Shown here piece by piece: positions 1 through 11,316 of a stretch of 64,000 bases of DNA (position 1 is the first letter of the stretch; each line of letters opens with the position of its first letter). The DNA is from Cyanophora paradoxa CCMP329 (lineage: Eukaryota > Plantae > Glaucophyta). The DNA lies in assembly GCA_004431415.1 (NCBI GenBank), contig QPMI01000010.1, forward strand, positions 520,730-584,729, in the 5' to 3' direction. The notes beneath the pieces were generated by a model, which was not told where the DNA came from, searched no databases, and saw only the letters and a program-made list of their open reading frames with translations. Both the position numbers and the translations under genes were made by a program.

Positions 1-3000
1 GGTTTGCGAAAAGGAGACAAAGACCAAGGCGTACTCGAAGGAGGGCCTGGGCCAGAAGGACAAGGTTGATCCCCAGGCGAAGGCGAAACAGGAAGTCTGC
101 GCATCGCCGGACCCAGGGCCCCATCGCCTTGCTGACGCGTGTCCGCACGTTCGCAGGTACGACAATGGATCGGTGACTGTCTAGATACGTTGCAGACCCA
201 GATCGATTCGTTCGAGGCGGACCTGGAGGCGATGCGGACGAAGAAGAGCAAGTCCGCGGGCGATAAGGCGAAGTGCGATGCGCTGGAAAGGTGCAGCGAA
301 AGGCATAAACACCATCAAAGAAAGCTGGAACAGATATTGCGGCTTATGGAAAACGACTCGCTATCGCCCGACAAGGTCCACCGCCACTGGGCCCCTTCCT
401 ATCTCGGACCTGGGCTCACGCCGCGCCTTCCTCGCAGATCAACGAAGTAAGAGACGGCATACAATACTATCTCGACAGCAATCAGGCGCGCTCGCGAATC
501 GCTTGCGTCCGCGCCGCCGCCGCTCACTTTGAAATCAGGAGGCGGACTTCGTCGAGGACGAGGAGTTGTACGAGGGGCTCAAGCTTGACGAGTTCGGCGT
601 GGGAGACCAAAGCGGATCCGAAGACAACAGCGACATCGAGAGCGATCTGAAGGGTGCGCGGCCGTCGCTGGGGCGTCGATGTCCTGTTGCGGGCGAGCCG
701 ACGCCGTGAGCAGACGACACGAGGAGCGAACAGTCCGGAGCGACCGCTGGAAAGAAGGAGTCGGCGCCCGAACCGCCGAAGCCAAAGCCTGTTCCAGTTC
801 CCGAACCGCCGAAGGTGCCCGCTGCCCCGCCGCGCCGCCCGGCTCGGCCCTGAGCCAGACGGCCGCAGCCGGCGTCCGTTCTCGCGACCCCGGCGGCAAG
901 GCCAGCAGCGGCAGCGAAACCGGCACCAGCACCGGCGGCACCGGCGGCGCGGGCGGCGGTGGCGCCCGCAGCCGCCCCGGCGGCGGCAGCGGCGGCGGCA
1001 AGAAAAGCGGAAGTACACGAACCGCCCAAACCGCCGCTCGCGGCAATGGCAGGAAAGCCTGGCGCTCCCACGGCGGCGGCGGTCGTTGCGCAAGCGAGGG
1101 GCCGAGCGGCCAGCCGCTTACCGCGGCCGAGGTCGCGCGCGGCCTCGCGAGCGGCTCCCAGCCGAAGGCGCCCACTGCGGCGGCGGCCGTCATGGCGGGG
1201 CCCCGGCGCAGGCTCCGCCCCCTCCGGCGCACCCTCCCCAGCCCTCCCCCACCGCGGCCGCGCACGCAGCCGAGCAGGCGTCTGCCGCGGCAGCGGCGGC
1301 AGCAGCGCAGCAGGCGGCGCAGCACGCAGCAGCAGCGCAGCAGGCGGCCGCCGCGCAGCAAGCGGCGCAACAGGCGGCGGCCGCGCAGGCGGCCCAGCAG
1401 CAGGCGGCGGCGGCGGCAGCAGCGGCGGCGGCGGCGCAGCAGGCGGCCGCTGCCGCGGCGGCCATTCAGGGCCCTTCCTCTTCCGACCTCTTCAAGTCTT
1501 CCCCGCAGGCGAGCGAAGAAGCGATGCTGCTCCGGGCCGCAAGCGAGGCTGCCCTCGACGAATCCCCCCTGGTCCGCCTCTACCCCTCCTCCCTTCCACC
1601 CCCCCCCCTCACCGTCCCTCCCTCAGGACGCCTTTGCCACGGGCTCCGTCCTGGGCGCCCTCGAAGACCTCGCCTCCGCCGGCCCCGACATCCACGCCCA
1701 GCGTGCGTACCCCCCTCTTCCTCCCTCCCCAAAAGCCTTTTCCCCGTTTCCATTCTTTCCTTCCTCCGTCTCCTCCTCCTTGCGTTCCGGTGATGCCTTG
1801 TTCTCTACCTTCGCGAACCGAGCGATTCATGATGGATACTTATTACTGGTGCTCCGCGCACCCTGAGGAACGCCGATATTTTCTCTTTCTTTCGAAACTT
1901 AGCTTCCTCTTCCGTGGCCGGTGATGCCCAATATAATCTTTGAGACCTGAACTTATGTTGACAAACTCGGCGCCTAGCACGCGCCCTGACGGCCTACGTC
2001 CCCTTGCCCGTTTTTTATTTCTCGCTCCACTTCAGCGCCTATTTCTCGCTCCACTTCCAGCGCCCACTGATGCCCAATATAATCTTTGAGACCTGAACTC
2101 TCTGTTGACAAACTCGGCGCCTAGCACGCGCCCTGAGGGCCCATCTCCACTTCCCCGTTTATCACCCCTTTTCGCTTCTTTTCGCGCTCATAATCCTCAA
2201 GAGCCCCCTGATGCCCAATATAATCTTTGAGACCTGAACTCTCTGTTGACAAACCTGGCGCCTAGCACGCGCCCTGAGGGCTCTACCCGCCCCCCTCTGC
2301 CCCCTACTGCCGCCCTCCCTCCCCGCCCGCCCCGCGCCGCTGACCGCCTCGATTGGGCTTCTTCCTTTCGCCGCAGTCCTCGCTGGAGACCACTCCGCCC
2401 GCCTCGCCGCCCTCGAAACTTCGTACCGTATGATCCCCGAGCCCGCCGACTCCGAACGGTGCCCGTTTTTCTTCCTTCTTCCTTTCCGTGGAGAGGGGTT
2501 TCGGATCGAATGTCTCCGGCGCCGCAGCCCGAAGGTGTACGTCCCAAGGAACCCCTGCGCCGTCCCGGCCTCCTTCCCCCAGATGCCCCTACCCCTCTTC
2601 GAGGAGGGCGCCACCTTCGAGCGGCTGGACACGGACACGCTCTTCTTCGTCTTCTACTACCAGCAGGGCTCCCTCCAGCAGTACCTCGCCGCCCGCGAGC
2701 TCAAGAAGCAGTCCTGGCGCTACCACAAGAAGTACCTCACCTGGTTCCAGCGGCACGAGGAGCCCAAGCTCACCACCGACGAGTACGAGCAGGCGCGCCG
2801 CCTTCTTTCGAGTACCCCCTCGGGACTCTCCCCCTTCCCTTATTTCTTCGTTCGCAGGGCACGTACGTGTACTTCGACTACGAGACCGGCTGGTGCCAGC
2901 GGATCAAGGTGCCCCCCGCTTCTCGTTTCAAAAACCCGCTTCCACCCTTACGCCGTTCCCCCCACCTCAGTCCGAATTCACTTTCGAGTACGGGTACCTG

Positions 3001-3021
3001 GAAGATCTCGAGCTGCTCTGA
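1..3021 (+). CDS. CNOT3: CCR4-NOT complex subunit NOT3/NOT5 (multi-exon, 5' end outside window)
   Basis: Exons give the Not3 N-terminal motifs [25 protein letters not shown] and [12 protein letters not shown], an Ala/Gln-rich linker, and the NOT box [44 protein letters not shown]...[17 protein letters not shown]|[11 protein letters not shown]. Stop at 3021. Confidence 0.95.
1782..1873 (+). ncRNA. Intronic box C/D snoRNA (target not identified)
   Basis: Box C-like GTGATGC (1790), internal CCGA and ATGATGG (D'/C'-like), box D CTGA (1863-1866), and a perfect 7-bp terminal stem GCGTTCC/GGAACGC. Confidence 0.7.
1916..1994 (+). ncRNA. Box C/D snoRNA copy 1, predicted guide for 18S rRNA Cm38 (snoR66-like)
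   Basis: GTGATGC...TAATCTTTGAGAC-CTGA(D')...CTGA(D). The 13-nt guide is complementary to conserved 18S GUCUCAAAGAUUA. Terminal stem GGCCG/CGGCC. Confidence 0.85.
2062..2140 (+). ncRNA. Box C/D snoRNA copy 2 (18S Cm38 guide)
   Basis: Same core as copy 1, with its own terminal stem GCCC/GGGC. Confidence 0.85.
2200..2284 (+). ncRNA. Box C/D snoRNA copy 3 (18S Cm38 guide)
   Basis: Same core, with its own terminal stem AGAGCCC/GGGCTCT. Confidence 0.85.
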
Positions 3022-3472
3022 GGGGCCCCTCCAGGGCCCCTCCCCTCAGCCCGTGCCGCGTTCCTTCCCGCCGCGGCGCTCCCCTTCCCTTCGTCTCCTT
3101 TCGGCCTGTAGGTCAGCGCGACTGTATTCATGTTCCCAATCGCATTGAACCTCCGAAACGCGCGCTTGCACGTGTGCCACGGTTCATATCTCGCTTTGCA
3201 CATGTATGTGTAGCCTCCACCGACCAGACCGAAATGAGGGGGCGAGTGGGCTGGGCCAGCGTTGAAAAAGTTCGAGCGACTGCATTGTTACCGAGATACG
3301 GAAGTACGGAAACCTAGGGATCACTATCTTACAGCGGGCAAGGGACGGGACCGGAAGTTCGAAAAACGGGCGGAAGGGAAGGAGGAGGGAGGGCGGGCGG
3401 CGGGGGGCGGACGAGGGGAGGACGGGGCGGAGGGAAGGAGGCGGCGGGGTCCGGGGGCTGCAGCTAAGCTCG

Positions 3473-4403
3473 TTAGTCGTCGGCGACGACGACGACCTCC
3501 TTGGACATCCTTTGGATGTCCTTCTCGATGTTCGCGAGCTCCGCCTCGAGGTCCTCCTTCCGCTTCTTCTTGCTCACCGTGTCGAGGACGACGGGCAGCG
3601 TCTGGAACTGCCTGTTGAGGACCTCCCACCGCTGCTTCAGGCCCGAGAGGACCTCGCGCTTCTCGTCCTCGGCGAGCACGCGGAACCGCGGCTGGCCGGC
3701 CCGCTCGTGTGCGTCCTGCACGTTGCGGATGTACTCGTACTCCTCCGCTATCTGCGTCTTCACCTTCTCCAGGTACTGCGGCACTGCGAGGTGTGTCAGG
3801 CGGGCCGCGCAGAGCCGAGGCGCGCGAGCAGGCGCGGGCGGACCCTTGCCGTAATCCGGCTTCTTCGTGTAATCCAAGGGCTCCGGCTTCCGCTTGGGCA
3901 CTGCGCGCCGGAGCGTCAGGTCCCAGTTTAGCTTCCGGACTGGGCCGTTGGCCGTGCGGCCCGGCGCACCCATGAGGATGTTCTCTACTGCGTTAGCGGT
4001 GATGAAATTCTTCTCGCTCTTCAGATTCATGATCGGCTTCTCCTCCTTCCTGGGCACCGACGGCTTCTTCTCCTCTGTCCTCATGAAGGGCTTGGCTGCG
4101 CGGCGCAGGTGTTCGGTCAGCACGAAGATCGGAAGGAGTAGCTTAGCTAGTGTGGCGCGTGGACGGCTAGGACAGGGCGGGGCCGCGCTCACGCTCAGGC
4201 AGGACGCCCTTGGTCTTCTCGCCGGCCCGGACGAACGCCTTCGGGTCAGGCTTGCCCACAGGCCTGCCCATCGTCGCTGCGGGCTTCTTCTGCTTGGCCG
4301 CCTCCGGCAGCTCGGGCGGATGCATGCTCTTGTACTGTGGTGGCTTCATGCGCGGCGCCTCCTGCATCGGGATAAGGTTGAAGATGCTCTCGCCCGTCTC
4401 CAT
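3473..4403 (-). CDS. ENKUR: Enkurin (axonemal protein), spliced
   Basis: ESIFNLIP...YKSMHPP, KNFITANAVENI, DYGK|VPQYL, and C-terminal LSGLKQRWEVLNRQFQTLPVVLDTVSKKKRKEDLEAELANIEKDI match enkurin. Confidence 0.9.
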
Positions 4404-4532
4404 GTTGTGCTGCTGTGGTTCTGCTGCTCTTGATGCCTAGCTTCGCTCGGCGGTCGTGCTCTGTATTTGGTCTGGGTCTCGGTTGTGTACCCAGGGCGGG
4501 TCCTTCAACGTGTACCCCGGCGCCGCAGCAAA

Positions 4533-7500
4533 ATGTCGATCCTCGACAAGCACGAGCTGGTTCTGATCCTGGACTTCGGATCGCAGTACACGCACCTCAT
4601 TGCACGGAGAGTTCGTGAGCTCAACGTTTTCTGCGAGCTCGTCGCGTGCAATGTCCCCGTCGAAACGATCAAGGCGAAGAAGCCGAAGGCGATCATCCTC
4701 TCCGGAGGCCCTAGCTCAGTGTGCGTACGCAGCCCGCGCGGCTCCTGGCAGCACACCGGCGCAAGAGCTGGGCCCCGATCGCGCGCCGCTAGCGGATAGT
4801 CAGCAGGGCGGGGCCGCAGCCACGACGCCACCCTGACTTGCGCTGACCCGGTTATTGCGTGGCAGGTACGAGAAGGACGCGCCCCATGCGCCCGCTGAGT
4901 TGTGGGAGCTGGACCTGCCAATGCTCGGGATCTGCTACGGCATGCAGGAGATGTGCCGCTCGCACGGCGGCACGGTCACTGCTGGAGACAAGCGCGAGTT
5001 CGGTCGCGCCGAGCTGAAGATCAACAAGGCTAACCCGCTCTTCGAGGGGCTGCCCGGTCCGTCCCGTCCTCGTCCCCGCCCCGCCACGGGCCCCTGCGCG
5101 CGGGGCGCAAGAGCGGCCGGCCGCACCTCGCGCCTTCGATCGCACGCCGTCCCTTCCGCTCACGCGCGCTGCCGCAGCGAGCGTGGAGGTGTGGATGAGC
5201 CACGGCGACAAGGTCACTGCGCTGCCCCCGGGCTTCGAGGACGTCGCGCACAGCGACAACTCGGAGCACGCGGCCGTCGGCCACAAGGAGAAGCGCATGT
5301 ACGGAATCCAGGTACCCGCCCCGCCGCCGCCGCCGCACCCACCGCCCGCGCGCGCCGCCAGCGCCTCACGCCGGGCGCCGCCAGTTCCACCCCGAGGTGA
5401 CGCACACGCCCCTGGGGAAGGAGATCCTGAAGAACTTCGTTCGCGGCATTGCGGGCCTCAAGGGTACGCCCTTACGCCTCCCCCCCCCCCTTCCCCCCGT
5501 CTCCTTCTCCTTCGCCGAGCGCGCCCCGTACCCCCAGGCGACTGGTCCATGGGGTCCTACATCGACGAGGCGATCCAGACGATCCGCGATCAGGTGCCGG
5601 AGGGCTCGAAGAAGCCGTACCCCCTTCGCTTGAACGTACCCCCCGGCCAGGTGGGGGAGAAGGGCCGGGTGATCGGGGCGGTCTCGGGCGGCGTGGACTC
5701 GTCCGTCGCGGCCGTCCTCATGAACCGCGCCATCGGCGACCGGTGCGCGGCGCCTCCCGAGCGGGGCCGGGCGTAGTGTTGCTGTCCTAGCTCCTCGCCA
5801 TTCCCGGCTCCTAGAGCTTCAGCGCTCGATCCTTAGATGCCGGCGTTCCCAGCCGTTCAGCGGCCGCCGCGTCCGCCGCGGGCGGGCGGGCGGGCGGGCA
5901 GCCGGGCGGGCGGAGAGCGTCCAGAGTGGCCGGGGCTAGCTAGCGCCGGGGGCGGCTCAGCGTCCTCCGGTCCTCGCACCCCGTCCGATGCGGATTCGAC
6001 CCCGCGCGCGCGCGCAGCTTCCACGCGTTCCTCATCGACAGCGGCACGCTGCGCCTGAACGAGGCGGACGAGGCGCTCCCCCCCCCCCCCCCTCCCCGCC
6101 GCCCCGCCTAACTCCTACTCAGGTGGTGAAGCGGCTGCGGGACCGGATGGGCATCCACCTGACGGTCGTCGACGCCGCCGACCTCTTCCTCGACCGCCTC
6201 AAGGGTGCGCTGTTGAAGGCTTCACGGCCCGCCCCGCCTTGCCCCCGTGCCGCGCAGCTCTAGCGTCCTCCTTCCTCCTCCTATGGCTGTACAGCCCGCC
6301 CTAGCCTAGCCTCCAAGCCCCGCCTCTTTCGGCTCCCTCCGGTCCCTCTTGCCCCCCCCCCCCCCCCCTTCCCCCCCCCTCCCCCCGATTCCGGGTGCCC
6401 CCCTCCTTTCTTCCTCGCGTTGACCCCCGCTTTCTTTTTCGCCGCAGGCGTGGAGGACCCCGAGAAGAAGCGGAAGATCATCGGCAACACGTTCATCGAC
6501 GTGTTCGAGGCGCGGCTGTACCCCTCCTCCGCCACCACCCGTCTTTACCCCGAAAAGCTGAGCCGCGTACCCCCGCAGGTTGAGGCGAAGAAGCTCGGCA
6601 AGGTGGACTTCTTGCTGCAGGGCACGCTGTACCCCGACGTGATTGAATCGATCTCGTACAAGGCCCGCCCTCCCCTTTCCCCCTCGATCCAAACCGGTCG
6701 GGCTCGCTAAACTCCTCCTCACTCTCGTCCGCCCCCAGGGCCCATCGGTCGTGATCAAGAGCCACCACAACGTCGGGGGGCTACCAGAGAAGATGAACCT
6801 GAAGCTCATCGAGCCCCTGAGGGAGCTTTTCAAGGTGCGGGGGGTACGGCGGGGCCGGCCGAGGCTCGCGGCTGACGCGTCGGGGCGGGGGGGTACAGGA
6901 CGAGGTCCGGACGCTGGGTCTCAAGCTCGGGATCGACGAGGACTCGGTTTTCCGGCACCCCTTCCCCGGCCCGGGCCTGGCCATCCGGTAAGCGCGGCCC
7001 CGCCGCCCCCTCGTCCGGCGGCACGGCGCGGCGCGGCGCGGCTCACGCGCCCCCCGCAGCGTCATCAGCGACGTGTCCAAGCCGCAGCTCGACATCCTCC
7101 GCCAGGCAGGCGTACCCCCCGCGAGCTTCTTCCCCCCCCCCCTGAGCCCGGTTTGGGGTAGGCCGACGCGATCTGGCTCGAGGAGATCCGGAAGGCGGGT
7201 CTCTACCGCCAGATCGGCCAGGCGCGTACCCCCCAACCCCGCCCGCCGCCGCGCCCCTGCCGCCCCTCGTTTATTCTCGCCGCAGGCGTTCGCCGTCCTT
7301 CTGCCGGTGAAGAGCGTCGGCGTGATGGGCGACTGCCGCACCTACGAGCAGGCGCACCCGGCCCTCGTACCCCCCCGTGCACTTTAAGCTCTTAACCCCG
7401 TACCCCCCGCAGGTCGTCGCCCTGCGGGCAGTCTCCACGACGGACTTCATGACGGCCGACTGGTGCGCCCGCCGCGCCCGCAGTGCCTGCATCCGTACCC

Positions 7501-7712
7501 CCTCGCTAAGCAGGGGGTACAGGTTCCCCATGCCAACGGAGGTGCTCCAGCGTGCGTCGAACCGCATCATCAACGAGGTCCGTGGCGTCAACCGGGTACG
7601 CCTGTGGACTTCGCTCGCACCCCTCCCTCTCCGTCCCCCGACCTTGTCGTACCCGCCGCAGGTCTGCTACGACATTAGCTCGAAGCCTCCTGCGACGATT
7701 GAGTGGGAATGA
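4533..7712 (+). CDS. GMPS: GMP synthase (glutamine-hydrolysing), ~18 short introns
   Basis: [66 protein letters not shown], and [14 protein letters not shown]. Confidence 0.97.
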
Positions 7713-8728
7713 GTGCGGGGCTGGAACTTTGAATTCGAAGCTGGAGCCTCGGACGCCCTATGGCCCTATGGCGCCCAATCGCAACGTCGACCCGTTTTAA
7801 TCCGATGACCAGCCATGCGGTTTCCGCATTCGTTGCGAACTTTTGGAATGCCCTCTAGCTCTAGATCTGCGGCCCGGCTGTTTCCTGTGCACCGGTAACA
7901 TAATGCGAATGCTCATATTGTGATACCATGCATATGATATCGCCGAGTCGATCGATATCATGATCATCATCATACCAAGATGGCGCGCGCTGCAGCTGCG
8001 CGGGCGCCCCGGCCAGGCGCAGGCGCGCGCGCGGCTGGCGCCGGCTATCGCGTGCATAAATGGCGCCGGCTGCCACGTCGACGGGTATACCATCATCAGA
8101 GCGTCGGGGACGCAGGGACCGCGGCAGGGTATACTAATTGGAAATCGTGACCGCGTGCGTGAATCCGTGCACGGTGCACCGTGCACGTGCACGTGCACGT
8201 GCAAAACGCATTAATTTCATGCCGCATTAATAGTAAGGTTATGCTTTGTTTTTTTGGTGAATTACCGGCCACAGGCCCACAGCCTCTAGTCTACTCCAGC
8301 ACTGTGGCCCTGTGGGGGCGTATTATGCCGCGTATACAAGGTTACTAGTTATGCTGGAGAGTCAGTGGAGACTCAGTGGAGCCTAGAGTGGAGTGCTGGG
8401 AGAGTATGCTGGAGAGCTAGAAATATTTAGTGGGCTGCATATTCATACTAGTAGTACTAAACATTTTTGGGCGATGTACGTATATACGTGGGCTCTTGCC
8501 AAAGGTCGAGCTCTCGAGCTTGCCCCTTCGCTGTCAATGCATTGTTAACCCTCGGAGGTTCGATGAGTCACGCGTCATGGAGGTTTGGGTGTTATATTGC
8601 GATCAGGTACGCCCCGCACTAACAGGGGGGCTAGCACTAACCGACGCGGGGAGTAACAGCCGACGTACCCCCCGGGGGGCCTCCCGGCCTCTGACTACGC
8701 TCAGGCTCTAACTGAATGCTGTACCCCC

Positions 8729-9517
8729 TCACTGGCCGAAGTGCGACGGTCCCCAGTCGAGGTCGGGGTGGGGCCATGGGGGCCTCCGGCGGGGTACGAT
8801 GCTCCCGCTTGCCAGTTCCATGTACTCCCCCACGGGGTTGTCTTCGTCTGCGAGGTCCTTATAGTTGCCCTTTACGAGATCCGCTGCCGCTTTGCGCCAG
8901 CGAACGGCCACGTTGTACGTGTTGTCGATGATGTTCTGCACCGTACCCTCCATAGGTGTTAGGGACGGTTTGTAGGTGAGATAGTCGTCCCTCTTACGCA
9001 GGTTCAATTCCCTTTCGTAGTACTCCACTGCGCTTGGGAGGGCCCTGAGCTCCACCGCGTGCTCGCCCGGGTCCGACGAGCTAATGAGTCCGGAGCGCTG
9101 CAGTGCGTTCACAGCCGCCCGCAACACGATTTTGCCTACCCCCCGCATCGAATCCCTCTGCTCGGGCGTCCCGTACTCCCCCTGCGGCCCGTAATCGTTG
9201 TAGTAGCTTTCTATTTCGACGGTGGCTGGCTTATTGCCGACCTGAGGCTTGACAGAGCCGTACACCCATGCCATAGCGTCATTGTCCGCTGAGCGGGCTT
9301 TCTTGGAAGGGGGCGGCAGCACTTCGATTTTGAACTCCCTGGTCCGTCGGTTGACGAGTGTTTTTAGATTGAGGGGGAGGCGCGTATCCCCGAATTTATC
9401 AGGAAAGAGGCGGTGTAGCTTAAACCACGCTTCCTGATCACCGTAGGTGTACGACATTTGCTCGCGGCTCGCTGAGAATTTATACCTGTACCCCCTACTC
9501 AGGCGATCCTCCGCCAC
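8729..9517 (-). CDS. Viral protein with GNAT-like acetyltransferase domain
   Basis: Acetyl-CoA motif A-like MRGVGKIVLRAAV followed by VELRALPSAVEYYERELNL (motif B-like). Confidence 0.55.
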   Translation of the reverse strand: MAEDRLSRGYRYKFSASREQMSYTYGDQEAWFKLHRLFPDKFGDTRLPLNLKTLVNRRTREFKIEVLPPPSKKARSADNDAMAWVYGSVKPQVGNKPATVEIESYYNDYGPQGEYGTPEQRDSMRGVGKIVLRAAVNALQRSGLISSSDPGEHAVELRALPSAVEYYERELNLRKRDDYLTYKPSLTPMEGTVQNIIDNTYNVAVRWRKAAADLVKGNYKDLADEDNPVGEYMELASGSIVPRRRPPWPHPDLDWGPSHFGQ

Positions 9518-10221
9518 TTCAGGCGACCGTTCTCGACGTCGGGGTAGAATCGGTCCTCTGGTAAAATCTCTGGCCTCGTCTCGCCTGGTAGACGATTGCG
9601 GTCATCTGTCAGCCACTCGCGCAGGGCACCGCCAAGGGCGCGGCCACGGGCCGTTGCCGCCTCTCGCTCTCTGGCCGCCCTTACCTCAAGGAGCTGAGCC
9701 CCCGTTGGGTCGGGGGGGCCGTACGTTACGGATGCGATGTAGGGATCGCCCGCCTCAATTCCGTTCCAACCCTCGGGTATCAAATACGGGGGCGGGGCGT
9801 AGAGGGGTTCATCGAACTCTTCGGGCTCCCGCGGGGTCTGATTGTAGTACACGAGCTTCTGAATGCTTCTCCTGAAGTCGTTGAGTGGATTTCCCCCATC
9901 TTCCGGACCCAGGTACGCCCGGAATATTGACTCTTGGATGTCATCGGGCAGTTCGCCCATGGGGCTCTTGCGCGAGCCGAATACCCACCAGAGCTTCTTC
10001 AGCTCGTCGAGCACGCCGCCCAGATTGTCACTGTAGCTTATTTCGGCTACGGGGGGGTCGTACGTTCGAACATCCACTGTCGATTTGAGCCCTTTGCGAG
10101 CTACGTCGCGCAACGTTGTAGCTGTCACGCCCCCATCTGAAATTGATCTTGGGATTTCCTCCTTCACCCAGTCTATCAGCCCGCGCACTTGCTGGACATA
10201 GTCTTTAATGTACCCGGACAT
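9499..10221 (-). CDS. Viral hypothetical protein
   Basis: Intronless ORF of ordinary composition; ATG at 10221 preceded by an AATTTCTT motif. Confidence 0.65.
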   Translation of the reverse strand: MSGYIKDYVQQVRGLIDWVKEEIPRSISDGGVTATTLRDVARKGLKSTVDVRTYDPPVAEISYSDNLGGVLDELKKLWWVFGSRKSPMGELPDDIQESIFRAYLGPEDGGNPLNDFRRSIQKLVYYNQTPREPEEFDEPLYAPPPYLIPEGWNGIEAGDPYIASVTYGPPDPTGAQLLEVRAAREREAATARGRALGGALREWLTDDRNRLPGETRPEILPEDRFYPDVENGRLKWRRIA

Positions 10222-10272
10222 TTGCAATTGCACACATCAAGAAATTCTAAACGCTACTGCGAAGCTAAGGCT

Positions 10273-10926
10273 ATGGACTGCGAGACTTGCGAGAACTTAC
10301 AACAGGGGAGCGCGGCGTGGCACGCGGCGCGCCGTGAAAAACTAACAGCATCTAATTTTGCGGCTGCGTGCGGCATAAATCCCTGGAAATCCAGGGCCCG
10401 CCTCTGGGCGGAGCTAAGCGGGATAGCAGAGGAAAACAACTTTGACAACCCTGCCCTAACCTACGGGCATGACTATGAGCCCCTCGCGGTCTCTATCTAC
10501 AAGGCACTGAACGATAACGTTGACATTAAACATACTGGACTGCACGAACATAAGGAGCTGCCCTTCCTGGCGGGAAGCCCGGACGGGTTAATCGGAAACG
10601 ATCGCATCCTCGAAATAAAGGCGCCCTACAAACAAGAACTCTATGACAAGGTTCCTACCTATTACATGACGCAGCTGCAAGGACTTTTAGACATAACGGG
10701 CCGCGAGTGGGCCGAACTTTTTTGCTTCACTCCTCTGCGCGTGCAAACGTGGTACGTCAGGCGCGACGAGAGGTACATCGAGCTCATGAGGAAGTGCTTA
10801 CATCTATTTTGGATGCACGTCAAGGCGGGGACGCCGCCCGAGCCCTACAGCGATCGAATGAAGTCAGAGAACCTCAGCGAGGAGCAGGCGGCGCTGCGCG
10901 AGTTTAAGTCGTACGCCCTCCTCTAG
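10273..10926 (+). CDS. YqaJ/lambda-exonuclease-like PD-(D/E)xK nuclease
   Basis: QGSAAWHAARREKLTASN, GHDYEP, LAGSPDG, ILEIKAP, YMTQLQGLL. Confidence 0.93.
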   Translation: MDCETCENLQQGSAAWHAARREKLTASNFAAACGINPWKSRARLWAELSGIAEENNFDNPALTYGHDYEPLAVSIYKALNDNVDIKHTGLHEHKELPFLAGSPDGLIGNDRILEIKAPYKQELYDKVPTYYMTQLQGLLDITGREWAELFCFTPLRVQTWYVRRDERYIELMRKCLHLFWMHVKAGTPPEPYSDRMKSENLSEEQAALREFKSYALL

Positions 10927-11048
10927 TGTCCGGACCTTTCCAATACTCTATATGATTATTGGGAGGGTCCGGACACGTCTCTTGGTCAGACTACTTCTGT
11001 CCCAGGTCTTTGGAATCTTAATATAAATTTTCCCGGGACCCGGGACAG
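10926..11048. other. Two adjacent hairpins with AT-rich loops between convergent genes
   Basis: GTGTCCGGACC/GGTCCGGACAC (10926-10976, extends to 20 bp with G-U pairs) and CTGTCCCAGGTC/GACCCGGGACAG (10997-11048). Confidence 0.7.
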
Positions 11049-11316
11049 GGCTTGGTCGGACTCACCGTAGCTTGGTGTAGCTCAGGCCCAGGCCGGGTAG
11101 GCGAGTCTGTAATGAATCAGACCGCGCAGGATTTGGTTGGGCTGCTCGGTGCAGGGGGGCGGGAAGGCGAGGCCGCGGAGGGCCATAGAGACGTAGCGGA
11201 AGGGGTGGGGGAGGCGGCCCCTGTTATCCCACATGGCGTCCACTATGGCGTTGTGGACCATTTGCTCGGAGAGGGCCGGAGGGCGGGCGGGCCTGCGCTC
11301 ACCGTCTCAGTGTCGT

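Noticed and set aside
1000-1300. Apparent frameshifts in CNOT3 suggesting a pseudogene
   Set aside because: The conserved domains are intact and the shifts fall in GC-rich low-complexity DNA, so they are probably consensus errors. The same caveat applies to the viral frameshifts.
524-1924. Many long overlapping Arg/Ala/Pro-rich ORFs
   Set aside because: Shadow frames of the low-complexity CNOT3 linker.
11018-11030. Canonical CRESS nonanucleotide origin
   Set aside because: TAATATAAA does not match TAATATTAC; kept only as an unassigned hairpin.
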